Position numbers and translations under genes: made by a program. Under the pieces are notes generated by a model. The model did no database searches. It was not told where the DNA came from and saw only the letters and a program-made list of their open reading frames with translations. A stretch of 64,000 nt of DNA from Eledone cirrhosa. Taxonomy: Eukaryota. The DNA lies in NCBI GenBank assembly GCA_964016885.1, contig OZ024741.1:163060001-163124000 (forward strand). Direction: 5' to 3'. Positions 37,364 through 50,627 of the stretch are shown here, piece after piece (position 1 is the stretch's first letter; every line of letters begins with the position of its first letter).

Positions 37364-40300
37364 CTCTTTGAGTCTCAGTCATTGATGTTAGTAAACTGGA
37401 AAGTTTGTTGAAATGAATATCAAGCCACTACCTGCAGCCTCAGATATTCAGGACGTATCGGAGGGTTCTTGCTGTTCCCATCAAGCATGCCTTTTGAAGC
37501 GTTCCAAAAAGCGTGAAGTGGCCAATTTTCTTTAACCATCCCTGGAAACTTTTTGAGATAGTCCCTAGTGCGCCTATGACAATCGGGACCACTTTGACTT
37601 CATGGCAGTTCCAAATCCTTTTTACCTCCCACTTTAAGTCCTGGTATCGGTTAATTTTCTCCCTCTCCTTCTCTTGCACTCTCGTGTCGAATGGGCAGGC
37701 CACATCCACAATCAGGCACGATCTTTTTTCTTTGTCCACAACCACCAGGTCAGGTCTATTGTGTTCCAGTTTCTTGTCCGTCTGTATCCTAAAATCCCAC
37801 AGCACCTTCACCTGATCGTTTTCTATCACCGCCTCTGGCTTATGCTCATACCACTTCTCAGAATGTGGTAAATTGTTTACTTTGCATAGGTGCCAGTGGA
37901 TCATCCTGCCCATCACTTCATGTCTCCAGCCCTTATAGTGAGTCTGGGCTAGGTGTTTACCCTCGGATACAATGTGAGCCACAGTCGCCTCTCTCTCTCC
38001 ACAGATCCTGCACAGTGGGCTAGCCTCCTCCTTGTAAATATGGTGTTTCAAACACTTCGTTTTGAGGACCTGCTCCTGCGCAGCCATTAACATTCCTTCT
38101 GTAGCCTTTTTAAGGTCTCCTCTTTTCAACCAGTTCCATGTCTGTGGATCTCTAAATTCAGTTTTCTCAAAGAAGGTACTATGAAGGGATTTTTCCTGAA
38201 GGCTTCTCTTTCTCCTTGATGTTATTTTCTCCTTGGACATCCCCTGGCCTATTGTCCCCTCCTTCAGTACAGTTCTGAGCATTGGCTCCTTACTATCAGT
38301 CACGTATTTGTGTAGGTTTGCTTTTCTCCATCTGAACACAGTCCTCTAGGCTGATAAGACCTCTTCCACCTTCAGATCTCCTTAAGTAGAGTCTATCGAC
38401 ATCACTCCTCTTGTGAAACATGTTGTAGATAGTCAATAGCTTCCTAGTCTTCCTATCCATTTCTTTTTGTTCAGCAACATTCCATCTCAGAATTCCCGCA
38501 CTGTACCTAATAATAGACACAGCTCGGGAATTTACTGCACTTATGGCATTCCTAGTGTTCAGATGTGACTTTAATACGCTCCTTACTCTCCGAATGTATT
38601 CAGTTCTTATCAATTCCTTCATTTTTTTGTTCTTGATGTCATCAGCCTCCAGAACGCCCAAATACTTGTATCCTTCTTCAGAGTCAATTTCCTTTATCAT
38701 CTCACCTGTTGGTACCTGGATTCCGTTACTTCTGCTCAACTTACCCCCTCTTCATCACAATGACTCCACACATACAAATTGCATACATATATCATTGCTG
38801 AAAATATGGACAGTGTCAACAAGCACATCCAACTCCTTCTCACTCTTCCCGAAGAGCTTAAGATCGTCCATGAAGAGGAGGTAATTATTGGTAAGCTCTT
38901 CCTTTCCCAACCTGTATCCTGCTCTCACTTTTCGCAGTACACTGCTCAGGGGCATCAGGGCAAGGACAAACATCAGAGGGGACAGACTATCTCCCTGGAA
39001 GATACCTCTCTTGATTTTCACGCTTCCCAAGGATTCTCCAGTTGATGTTAACTCTGTTTCCCAGGACTTCATACTTTTGCCCAACAACTGTCTGGTGTTA
39101 TCTGCCACCTTGAAGATCTCCAGGCTTTTGGTGATCCAAGAATGAGGCACCATGTCAAATGCCTTTTTGTAGTCTATCCATCCCATGGCAAGACCAGTGT
39201 GTCTCCTCTTGCAATTCCTCATTACCATCTTATCAATAAGTAACTGGTCCTTTGTACAACGTGACTTCTTTCGGCATCCTTTCTGTTCGTCCGGTAACAA
39301 GTTGTTTGTGTGGAGGTGATGGCATATTTCGTCAGACATAATGCCTGTCAACAGTTTCCACATTACGTACAGACATGTGATAGGTCTATAGTTGGTAACA
39401 TCATTACCCTTGATTCGGTCTTTCATTATCAGAACTGTGGTACCTTTTGTCAACCACTCTGGTACCTCACCTGACATCAAGCAGTCATTGAATATGGTTG
39501 TCAGTTTCGGGTGGAGGGATGTTATATTTTTAATCCAATACCCCTGCACACCATCTGGGTCAGGTGATTTCCATTCGGTTAGTTTTTTGGCCTGCCCCTT
39601 AAGAGTTTCAACTGTGATACTCAAATCAGTTTGTTGCCGTGCCTGTTCACTGATCTCCTTCTGTACTGTCTCAATCCACACTGCCTGGTCATTATGTTTA
39701 ACATCCTGCTCCTATATTCCTCTCCAGAATGTTTTAGTTTGTTCCGCCTCAGGGATCAAGTCGTTGCCTCTTTCCTTCCCTTCAAGCTGTCCAAACAGCA
39801 TCTTCTGGTTGTTGTCGAACATGCGGTTCTGTCTATACTGGCTGACCCTGTTCTCGTATCGCCTGATTTTTGCACTCTTTGCTACAATGCGTTGCTTCAG
39901 TTCCTCTATGATAATATTTAGCTTTTTCCTCCTAGTTTTGTACTTTTTTAGTGTCTATGTTTTTTAGTGTCCCATTCAGTAGGGACTCAAGCTTTCCAAT
40001 GTCATTTCTCATTTCCCTGATTTGACCACGCAGTCGTTTCTTCCACCAAGGCTCTGCTCTTTCTTGTCTGTTGTTTCCTCTCGCTTTTATACCAAGTAGT
40101 TTCCTCACCGTATTTGCTGTTGCTTTGAGGATATTGTTGCACTGGTGAAGGCTCCTCGCCTCAAGGTATGGGATGACTTTGTTTACCTTAGCTGTTGTTT
40201 CTTTTAACTTTTTCCTGTCTACAAATCTTAGGTTCATAGGTCTCCCACTATCATTGTTCAATTCATCTACCACTAAGTTTAGGATATCAACCAAATCTTG

Positions 40301-40956
40301 TCCTAGCCCGTCAGTATTCATCTCCTCAATGGCCGTATCTCTGTTCCAGGTATTATTTATCTCAGCATTCAGATCATTGTCTGCTTAGGGTGGTTCCTCC
40401 GTTCTCTCGACCTCTTCACCTTCATTTCTCACTGGCTCGTTTGCCTGGCATACTCCACTCTCCATCTCCAAGCTAATCTCTCTGCTCAGTTCCTCCAGTT
40501 CCAACTCGCTTATCCACCCATTAGTCCTTATTACCTGAGCCTGCCCGGCCAATTTTTGTTCATCTAATTTAAATAGACCAATCTCGTTCCAGATGTTATG
40601 CATCCGTTTCCTATAGCCTTTCTCCTTGGGGTTACTCTTCAGGTAACATTGCATAACAGTTCTATTCAATTCTTTCGTTCATTTGGTTCTGGTCCCTTTC
40701 CTTCTTCTTCTTCCTCCGAAACCTGCAGTTTTTGGTTGACAGCCAGGTCCCTGCTGCTGAGCCAGGGAGCACCTGTTGGGTGAGAGTCTGTCACATCACA
40801 TTCTAGTCTCCATTTCACTGTTATTCGAACTGTTTAGATTCGACATTTCAACACTCTTATCGAGGATTGGCGAATGTATGGTTACATAACCACTGGTGAT
40901 TTCATCACCTCCGGTGGTTTCGTCACTCCACGTGATTTTTGTGTGGCATTATCACG
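37364..40956 (-). mobile_element. Dong/R4 copy D3, full coding region with frameshifts (ORF ~40846-37440)
   Basis: N-terminal VMQCYLKSNPKEKGYRKRMHNIW..EQKLAGQ; RT YRPITCL, GIFQGDSLSP, FMDD; zinc knuckle and NRPDL..DVACP RLE. Confidence 0.93.
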
Positions 40957-42290
40957 CTGTAGACGAACATAAATAAACAAACAAACAAACAGGCAAAAAA
41001 CCCCCAAAAAATGAATAAGCATAAGTTTCATTGTAATGTAGTGTTTGAATGTCTGACTTAGTTTTTCCCTTCCCTTCTCTGTCCGTCTGTTTGTTTTTCT
41101 CTTCATTTTTCTTTTCTTTACGTTTTCCGTTGTTGCTGTGCTGCTTTGATTTTTATTTTTGTTTTTTTTTATTTTGACCGGGTCATCAATTCAGTCTATT
41201 TATATATTTTAATGCCTTCCTCTTTTAGTGGGGATTCTACGATGTAGCAGGGGGTAGCGGGAGAGAATAGCGGCGGTAGTTATAATGAGGCGGTGGTGGT
41301 GGTGGTGGTGGAAGTGCTGTGCTAGCAGGAGGTAGTGGGAGAGAATAGCGGCGGTAGCGATAATGAGGCAGTGGTGGTGGTGATGTGATCGTAGTACTGT
41401 AGTGATGGTGTTGAAGTTGGAGTAGAAATAGCGGTTGAGTCGACTTGACCAGAGTTTTCATCATGGTAGTGGTGGTGGTGTTGGTGGTGAAATTATCTTT
41501 AGTTATTTAGTCATTTTGTCCTTTTTCTCCTTTTCGACTCTAACATTCCTGATCCAAAATTAAATATTAATCTTGTTTATTAATATTGTCTAGTGATACC
41601 GCCACCTTCCCCTTTCGTAAGTTAACAGAAGGTAATGGGGGATAGCGGTGGTAGCAATGAAGGAGTGGTGGCGGCGGTGATGGGATAGTGGTAGTAATGA
41701 TGGTTGGGTGGCGGCGGCGGTGACTGTAGTGATGGCGTTGTCGTTACTGAGTTTTGTTCAATAGACTGTATTTTTGTTTGATCGGTGAATCTATGGGGTT
41801 AGTCGCGTATTTGTGTTGACTTATTTTCTTAATATTGGATTAAACATTTTGTTAAAACTTGAGACAATAATAATAGTAATTATTATTATTATGCTGAGAT
41901 TGGTGGTGGTGGTGGTGAAATTGCCGTTATCTGGCTGTTGTATTTAGTGTACACAGAGGGGTGATGGGGTGATAGGGTAGATGGTGTATCTAGTTTCTGG
42001 TGTTGGTGAAATTGCTGTTATTTGGCTGTTCTATATAGTGTGGACAGAGGGGGTTTTCTTCCATTTATAACCATTTTCTTTTTTGAATATAAAATGTATA
42101 ATACAAAATTGAATATTTGAGCGATATAACAATATATTATGGATCCGAATTTTTCTGAGACTTAAGCCGGATGCTTTATGTATCATTTGTACTAAGAATT
42201 GTTATTTCAAAATTGATTTAAATATGTTAAAAATCAAAACTTACGGGAGTGATTTCACGCCCTTCTATCCACCATGTGCGTCTTCTTCCC
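40957..42290 (-). other. Leader upstream of D3: LINE-like 5' end plus Pro/Thr-rich decayed ORF-like sequence
   Basis: Starts directly after (TAA)n; GACGCACATGG..CTCCCGTAAGTTTTG resembles the A3 5' end; no microsatellite separates it from D3. Confidence 0.45.
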
Positions 42291-42345
<55 letters not shown>

Positions 42346-44088
42346 ATACTTTGAGTCTCAGCCATTGATGTTAGTTAACTGGAAAGTTTGTTGAAATGAA
42401 TATCAAGCCACTACCTGCAGCCTCAGATATTCAGGACGTATCGGAGGGTTCTTGCTGTTCCCTGCAAGTATGCCTTTTGAAGCGTTCCAAAAAGCGTGAA
42501 GGGGCCAATTTTCTTTAACCATCCCTGGAAACTTTTTGAGATAGTACCTAGTGCGCCTATGTCAATCGGGACCACTTTGACTTCATGGCAGTTCCAAATC
42601 CTTTTTACCTCCCACTATAAGTCCTGGTATCGGTTAATTTTCTCCCTCTCCTTCTCTTGCACTCTCGTGTCGAATGGGCAGGCCACATCCACAATCAGGC
42701 ACGATCTTTTTTCTTTGTCCACAACCACCAGGTCAGGTCTATTGTGTTCCAGTTTCTTGTCCGTCTGTATCCTAAAATCCCACAGCACCTTCACCTGATC
42801 GTTTTCTATCACCGACTCTGGCTTATGCTCATACCACTTCTCAGAATGTGGTAAATTGTTTACTTTGCACAGGTGCCAGTGGATCACCCTGCCCATCACA
42901 TCGTGTCTCCAGCCCTTATAGTGGGTCTGGGCTAGGTGTTTACACTCGGATACAATGTGAGCCACAGTCTCCTCTCTCTCTTCACAGATCCTGCACAGTG
43001 TGCTAGCCTCCTCCTTGTAAATATGGTGTTTCAACCACTTGGCTTTGAGGGCCTGCTCTTGCGCAGCCATTAACATTCCTTCTGTAGCCTTTTTAAGGTC
43101 TCCTCTTTTCAACCAGTTCCATGTCTGTGGATCTCTGAATTCAGTTTTCTCAAAGAAGGTACTATGAGGGGATTTTTCCTGAAGGTTGCTCTTTCTCCTT
43201 GTTGTTATTTCCTCCTTGGACATCCCCAGGTCTATTGTCCTCTCCTTCAGTACAGTTCTGAGCATTGGTTCCTTACTATCAGTCACGTATTTGTGTAGGT
43301 TGTTTTTCTCCATCTGAACACAGTCCTCTATGCTGATAAGACCTCTTCCACCTTCAGATCTCCTTAAGTAGAGTCTATCGACATCACTCCTCTTGTGGAA
43401 CATGTTGTAGATAGTCAATAGCTTCCTAGTCTTCCTATCCATTTCTTTTTGTTCAGCAACATTCCATCTCAGAATTCCCGCACTGTACCTAATAATAGAC
43501 ACAGCTCGGGAATTTACTGCACTTATGGCATTCCTAGTGTTCAGATGTGACTTTAATACGCTCCTTACTATCCGAATGTATTCAGTTCTTATCAATTCCT
43601 TCATTTTTTTGTTCTTGATGTCATCAGCCGCCAGAACACCCAAATACTTGTATCCTTCTTCAGTGTCAATTTTCTTTATCATCTCTCCTGTTGGTACCTG
43701 GATTCTGTTACTTCTGCTCAGTTTACCCCGCCTCATCACAAGGACTCCACACTTACTAATACCAAATTGCATACATATATCATTGCTGAAAATATGGACA
43801 GTGTCAATAAGCACATACAACTCCTTCTCACTCTTCCCGAAGAGCTTAAGATCGTCCATGAAGTGGAGGTGATTATTGGTAAGCTCTCCCTTTCCCAACT
43901 TGTATCCTGCTCTCACTTTTCGCAGTATAATGGTCAGGGCCATCAGGGCAAGGACAAACAACAGAGGGGACAGACTATCTCCCTGGAAGATACCTCTCTT
44001 GATGTTCACGCTTCCCAAGGATTCTCCAGCTGATGTTAACTCTGTTTCCCAGGACTTCATACTTTTGCCCAACAACTGTCTGATGTTA

Positions 44089-44090
<2 letters not shown>
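42346..44090 (-). mobile_element. Dong/R4 copy D4, 5'-truncated in RT
   Basis: Close paralogue of D3; premature TAG at 42615; (TAA)n at 42291-42343 and 44091-44150. Confidence 0.93.
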
Positions 44091-44150
<60 letters not shown>

Positions 44151-44155
44151 TATAA

Positions 44156-44349
44156 GGGCGGTGGATTGGCAGTATCGGTAGAGGGTCAGACACCATGCTT
44201 TCCAGCATATTTGCGTCCCTTTACGATCTGAGTTCAAATCCCGCCGAGGTCGACTTTGCCTTTCATCCTTACGGGGTCGATAAAATAAAGTACCAGTAAT
44301 GCACTGGGTAATTGCTGGCCTTGTGCCTAAAGTAGAAACAATTATTATT
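44156..44349 (+). mobile_element. Full-length tRNA-derived SINE
   Basis: A-box-like TGGCAGTATCGGTAGA, B-box GAGTTCAAATCCC, core, and (ATT)n tail. Confidence 0.92.
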
Positions 44350-44537
44350 GTTATTATTTTTCTTCTTCTTCTTCTTCTTCTTCTTCTTCTACTTCTTCTT
44401 TTTCTTCTTCTTCTTCTTTTTCTTCTTCTTCTTCTTTTTCTTTTCCTTTCTTTCTTTTTCTTGTTGTTGTTCTTCTTTTCCTTCTTATTATTAGTATTTT
44501 TCTTCTTCTTCTCCCCCTCTTCCTCCTCCTTCTCCTC

Positions 44538-44568
<31 letters not shown>

Positions 44569-44736
44569 TCCTTCTCCTTCTTTTCCTTTCTTTTTCTTGT
44601 TGTTCTTATTTTCCTTCTTCTTCTTCTTCTTCTTCTTCTTCTCCTTCTTCTTCTTCTTCTTCTCCTTCTCCTTCTTCTTCTTCTTATTATTATTATTTTC
44701 CTTCTTCTTCTTCTTCTTATTATTATTATTATTATT
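44350..44736. repeat. (TTC)n/(TTA)n low-complexity tract
   Basis: Direct reading. Confidence 0.95.
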
Positions 44737-47700
44737 AGTTTAATCGGACGTCTTTTGCTCGCTCCCAGTAAATCGCTTTATTTCCCTGTTATAATTATTT
44801 GTTATTAAATGTTTCTTATTGTGTAAGGGATATAAGCCCTTGGACTTTGCACTGTAAAGGGGAAAGAATAATATTTGGGCCATTTGGCCGAAATATTTGA
44901 ACAATATTTGAAATAAAAAACAAAACAAAAAAAAACATGGCTGAGCCACGCCCCCCAGCAATATGTCTGCTGTCGTGCGACAACGGCGTAAAGTTGAGAG
45001 GCAGGGTAGTGAAATTCGTACAACAAACACCACCACAAACAACGTGAACAAATAAAACAACACTGAGAACACTCCAACTACAACAATAACAGCGTCAACC
45101 AAAATACAGACAACAGAATAAAATGACAACAAATGCATCAACGATATTAAAACCACTAACAAGAAAATAAATAACGACAACACCAACAGCAACAATACTA
45201 ATTGCACCGAAAACAACAATAACGGTGGCACCAAAAACACAACCAACTACAACAGTGATAACAGCAACAACATCAACAACACCGTTTGTAGCAGTAGCAA
45301 CAGCAACAGCACCAACAACAAGACCAGTAGCAGCAGTAGCGGCAGCAATAATGGTGCCGCTGAAAAAGGGGCCACTTCTTTTGCATGTGTGGCCCGAAAT
45401 ATAGAGACAGTGCTAGTCACGGAGGAGGAGATGGCAGTCACAAGAGCCATGGTGTCAAGAAACGACAATAGAGTTTACCTGAAACCTCCACCCGATTACT
45501 TCAAAGACTAGCAGCTGCGCATGGTGACTTACCGCACCGTAAGCAAAATCTCATATCGGGTGGAGAGAGCCACGGAGGCTCATATCCAAAAGGCCTTGGG
45601 GTGCGTCTGGGCGCGCAAAACCCATAAAACGCGAGACAAAAAGTACGCCACAGTAGACGTACTTTTCGCTACACACCAAGAGATGAAGTCGCACTCTTTG
45701 GAAACCCTAAAGAGTGAGGAGAAAGTCTTGGTGCCCTCCTACTGCAAGCAGAACATTGTTAGGGTCAAAGTGACCCAAGTCCCGCCCGACGTGCCCATAC
45801 CTTGGCTGGCCGCATCTGTACTAGCTGGAATCGAGGAGAAGACCACCACACTGCAAATACAGAGAATGGGAAGAGAGAACTGGTCAGGAATAGGCATTCA
45901 AATGCTAATACAGACTGACCAGAAGTGCATCGAGGCCATCCCAGACATCATCGTCCTAGACGAAGGACTCCAACTCCCTATAAGCGTGGAAGGAAGGCGC
46001 CCAAACGTGCTATCTCTGTGGGCAGAAGGGTCATCTCAGGGACTTCTGCTCGCAGAAGACATCCAAGAAGGGGGCCCCCCTCCTTCCAACGCCTGATCCG
46101 CTGTTACCAAGAGCAGGGCAGGCAACAGAGGCAGAAGACCCTTCCATGGTGAGTAGGAGGGCAACGTCCGTGGCACCCATACCAAGGCCACGGACAACTA
46201 AATCAGCGGCTTCAGTAGCGGAAACACCAACAGTCGCAGTAGCTACACCGGCGGCAAAATCGCCGGAAAGGGCTCCTCTATCACCACCAACAGCAGTGGC
46301 GCTCATACCCCTCCCAGACTCCACGAAATCCGACATGGAGTATGAGGCGGGAGGGAAGAGGCAAACGGTATGCCACAAAAAAGAAAAAAAGAAAAAAGTC
46401 CTTAGCTTCACCCTCCAAAAACGAAGGCAAACAAAGTGGGGTAAAGGCTGCAAGGAGACTTGCAGCAACACCACCACCGTCACCATCACCACCACAAGCA
46501 TCATCACCAACAACAACCACACCGCCACCAACATCACCAAAAACACCAGCATCGCAAACACAACAAAACACACACACCCAACAGCAACAACAAGAAAACA
46601 GCAACAAAATCACCCCTCCCTCCCAAAAAGTACACAGCCATAAACATGGCAAATAAAGAACTCATACAGCATATAAAGCAGCACACAGACAACACAATAA
46701 AAAAAATACTACACTCCACCAACACGAAGAACTCTCCCGAAAAACATAAACATAATTGAAATCAAAATAGAACATTACAAACTGTTAAAAGAAAAATTCC
46801 GCAACGCAGTTGGAGACTTCAGATGGTCGGTTACCAAGACGCCATACACCGACATCCGCTTGGAAACACCCAAAGGGTGTGATGAAGGGACGGCTCTACT
46901 GTCCCTTCATCACACGATCAAGGTAAGTGATCCTTTCTCACTTACCCCGTTTCTCATCCAACATGGGCGTACTTAGAATAGGTAGTATAAATGTACGTGG
47001 CCTGGGGTCATCTTGGAAGGGTCACCTGCTCAAGGACCTCAGGTCACTAAATAAACATAGATGTGGTGGCGGTCAGCGAGACCAGAATCTCCGAAGCACG
47101 GATCTTCGGCGGCTACGATGTATACGCATCTCCCAGCCGTCTAGGATCGAAGGGAGGGGTTGCCGTGCTTTTTCGGAGAGGCTTAGATCTCGCATTACGT
47201 GCCAACTTCCTGGACCCAGAAGGTAAGTCGGTGGTGCTGGACGTGATCGGCAGCGAAGGCAATGCTTTCAGGCTAGTAGCCGTCTGCGCCCCAACAGGGG
47301 CAGGTCGGCCAGATCTCTTCAGACGTGTAGAGACCTTTCTTGGAACGTCCCGCTTTTAGTGTTAGTGGGCGACTGGAACGGTACCTTAGATTCACGCTGG
47401 GATTATGTGGGGCTAGTAGACAGGGCAGGAGGGTGTAAAAGCCTCACCAACCCGCTCTGACGTTTTGAACTGTCTGACAGGTATAGAATGGATTATCCGA
47501 ATGTGCCAATATGGACATGGGTAAACTGCATCGGGACATCCAGATTGTATTTAGATAGGGTATTCTGTAGGGAAACAGATAAGGCTAGTGTAGGCTGTCC
47601 ACAATTTAAAGTAGTCGACTACATGGACCACGAATTTGTGATATGTGAAGTTGACTTAGATAGACTCCATAGGCAAGGGCCCGGCTACTGAAAGCTGAAC

Positions 47701-50603
47701 GCGTCGTCCCCGGCGCGCAAAGCTTACCGAGACCGGATTAGCGAATTAGTTAAGTGTGCGTTGACAGGTGCGATCGTCAACAACAGGTGGTGGTTTACCC
47801 TGAAAAGGGCTATTAGAGTAGAATCGATAAGGTTTAGCAAAGGAGTAGTGATAGAGGAAAATAGAGTAGAGGGAGAGTTAGTTAGAAAGCTAGAAGAGGC
47901 GTTTAGGACAGGCATCACAACCGACGTGCTTGCGACGAGACTGGCACTCGACCAATTATTCAACGCAAAGCATGAAGGCTGCGTTGTCAGAGGTAGAGCG
48001 CGTATTCTAAGACACGAGGGGACGAAAACCGTTCAATGGGCCCGGGTGGTGGAGGCGCGACGTGGAAACAAGTCTACAATTCGGTCTTTGCCTGATCAAA
48101 ACGGATGCATGTTGCTTTAACCCGAGCAGATGTGTGCAGCTTTTCAACAGAACTTTGTTCAATTGTTCGGGAGCGGTGGCGGGCCGGATCGGAGTATGGA
48201 CTTCGGTGCATACCTAGACGGACTGTCGCGGCTCTCGACGACCGCAGCGCAGTGCTACGAAAAGCCGATAACAGCAGGTGAAATACGGGAAGGGACGTCT
48301 GACTGCACGATGGGTAAATCACCATGTTTGGATGGTCTGCCCTACGAGCTTTATACGTATATGCCAGACTTATTCGGTGACCTCTTGGCAGATGTCTGCT
48401 GCAACTGGCAGCAGAACGGGAGCATTCCCAATTTTGTGAGCCGGGGAACGGTGGGGCGACTGAGAAAAGACCCGAACAAGGGGACGTTATAGACAACTTC
48501 AGGCCCATAACTCTGCTAAACGCAGAGTTTAAGATTTTGGCCAAGGTGTTAGGAAAGAGATTGGCGCTTGTCGTCGGTGAACTGGTGGGAGGGGTCCAGG
48601 CATGCGCCATCCCGGACAGATCCATCCACGATAACCTCATGCGATACATCATAGAGAAGGTGGTTAAGGAACCTGGCACGGGTGGGGCTCTGATCAACTT
48701 GGATCAATCTAAAGCATTTGAGGTTCGACCATCTGTACCTGGCTGCGGTCCTCGAGGCGACCGGCTTCGGGCCCGATTTTAGGGGCTGGATCGCTGCGAT
48801 GTACAGCGACATCTGCTCGATTGTGAGGGTGAATGGTCACCTGTCGCAGCCTTTCAGCATTATGCGCTCGGTCCGCCAGGGTTGCCCCCTCTCGTTCCTC
48901 TTGTACGTACTGGCCTAGAGCCGTCATTGCACAAATTGGAGACGATGAGGGGTGTTGCACACAAACTGGGATGCGGAAGATCCGTGTTAGCTTACGCCGA
49001 CGACGTCACCGTGGTGGTGTGGGACACCAAACACGTCCAGGTGCTCGGCACCGCTCTCAAGGAATACGAAGCGGTGACAGGAGCAAAAATAAACCTTGAA
49101 AAGTCGGGGGGCTTGCAACTCGGCACCTGGAGAGGCAAGGCCATGCCTCCCGACAGCGTCGTGGGGCGCTGGACGGAAGGACCGGTTAAATTGCTCGAGG
49201 TCTGGTTCGGTCCGTACCTCCAGATGGAGAAAACTGGAGCGAGTTGACGAGGAGGGTGGCCTATCTCACCCAGAAATGGGCCGAGAGGAGACTGTCTCTG
49301 AAAGGTCGGGCGGAGGTAGCGAGTGCGTACATAGCGTCCGTCATCTGCTACCGCCTGACCGTCGTACCTTGCCCCGCCCAACTCTCACCGAAATAGAGCG
49401 CCTTCTCTTCCGCTTTTTGTGGAAGGGACGTGTTCCCATGGTCAGACGATCCATTTGCTGTCAACACCCGTTGCGTGGAGGACTAGGCATGCCGTGGCTG
49501 ATGTTGCGCAAACATGCGCTGAGGCTGCGACATCTCTGGTGCTTCCTTGACGGTGAACAGGTGTGGTCGCCGTTTGCCAGACGCGCTTTTCCCCAGCTCG
49601 TCTCCTTGACGGAGCTGCAGTCCTGGATCAGGAAAAGACCGAGGGATAGCGCTTGGAAGCTGGAATATCTCCAAGCTCTCACCGCCTTCTACCAGCTGGG
49701 CACTAGTATCGGTGGAACATCCACCTCAGCGTTCTATAGAGGGCTAGTGGAGGGAAAGAGCCACAACGTTCTCAGGAAGACTCTGGGCGTCGAAGACGAT
49801 TAGCTGTTCGCACTCTTCAAGAGAACTTTCAGACCGGGGCCTATGGACAACTTCCAGAAATCCCTGGCCTGGCAGTGCTACCGGGGAGCGTTGCCGGTTC
49901 TGGATAAGCTCTACAGGCACGGAGGGGCGCAGGGCGACAAAACCGTCCTGCACGCATTCATTCAGTGTCCGAGGATTTCTGACTTGTGGAGCTATGTTGA
50001 ACAGCTGCTGTCGCTTGTAGGACGGATTCGGTTATCGACTGAGTCCATTGTGCATATAGCCCTGCCATCCTCCTTTAAAGAGGAGGAAGCTCAGGCAGGT
50101 TTGATCTGCCTGCTGGCCATGGCGGAAGAGCTTGTATGGTGGACAAGGTTGAAAGGGTTGAAGACGGACACTTTCCTCTTCGGCCAATCCCTGATTAACT
50201 TTTTCAAGTTTCACTTGAAGAGGAAAATCAGGGTGGAGAGGCAAGTGCTGTCTTCTAGTAAGTTTGGTGAAAGGTGGGTGAAAGTGGCGAGTCTGGTCCA
50301 AGTTAACGGGCCCACTCTAATTATGCACCTGTAGACTGAGGAGTGGGAAAACTGAGAGAGGGCGCTTACCCTGGTGGTCAGGGGGGCCGTGGCCTTTTTG
50401 TTTGGTTTTGGCCACGCGAGACCCTCGGAGGTTTCCCCTTTTGGGAGAATTTTTGTTGTTTGAATTTTTTTGAATTTTAGCCCAATTTTGTTATAACCTG
50501 TTTACTGTTATGTTTACTGTTTACTGTTATGTTTACTGTTTACTGTTCTGTGCACTCTCTAATGTTTTTCTTCGTGTTAGCCCTTGTGGCTAATAAAGAA
50601 AGC
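44737..50603 (+). mobile_element. Tx1/L1-clade LINE copy B1, full-length, decayed, (ATT)n-associated
   Basis: Disrupted ORF1 (VEGRRP, ~44937-46925); ORF2 from ATG 46963 to TAG 50334 (INVRG, RQGCPLS, YADD); AATAAA at 50592; (ATT)n on both sides. Confidence 0.93.
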
Positions 50604-50627
50604 ATTATTATTATTATTATTATTATT
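50604..50627 (+). repeat. (ATT)n between B1 and B2
   Basis: Direct reading. Confidence 0.97.

Noticed and set aside
42615-44237. 540-aa ORF apparently with a novel N-terminus and poly-Asn
   Set aside because: The start lies in the antisense SINE and reads through (AAT)n into a 5'-truncated Dong copy; a chance fusion that also ends at a premature stop.
44156-44245. tRNA-like A and B boxes
   Set aside because: No complete cloverleaf; these are SINE heads, not tRNA genes.
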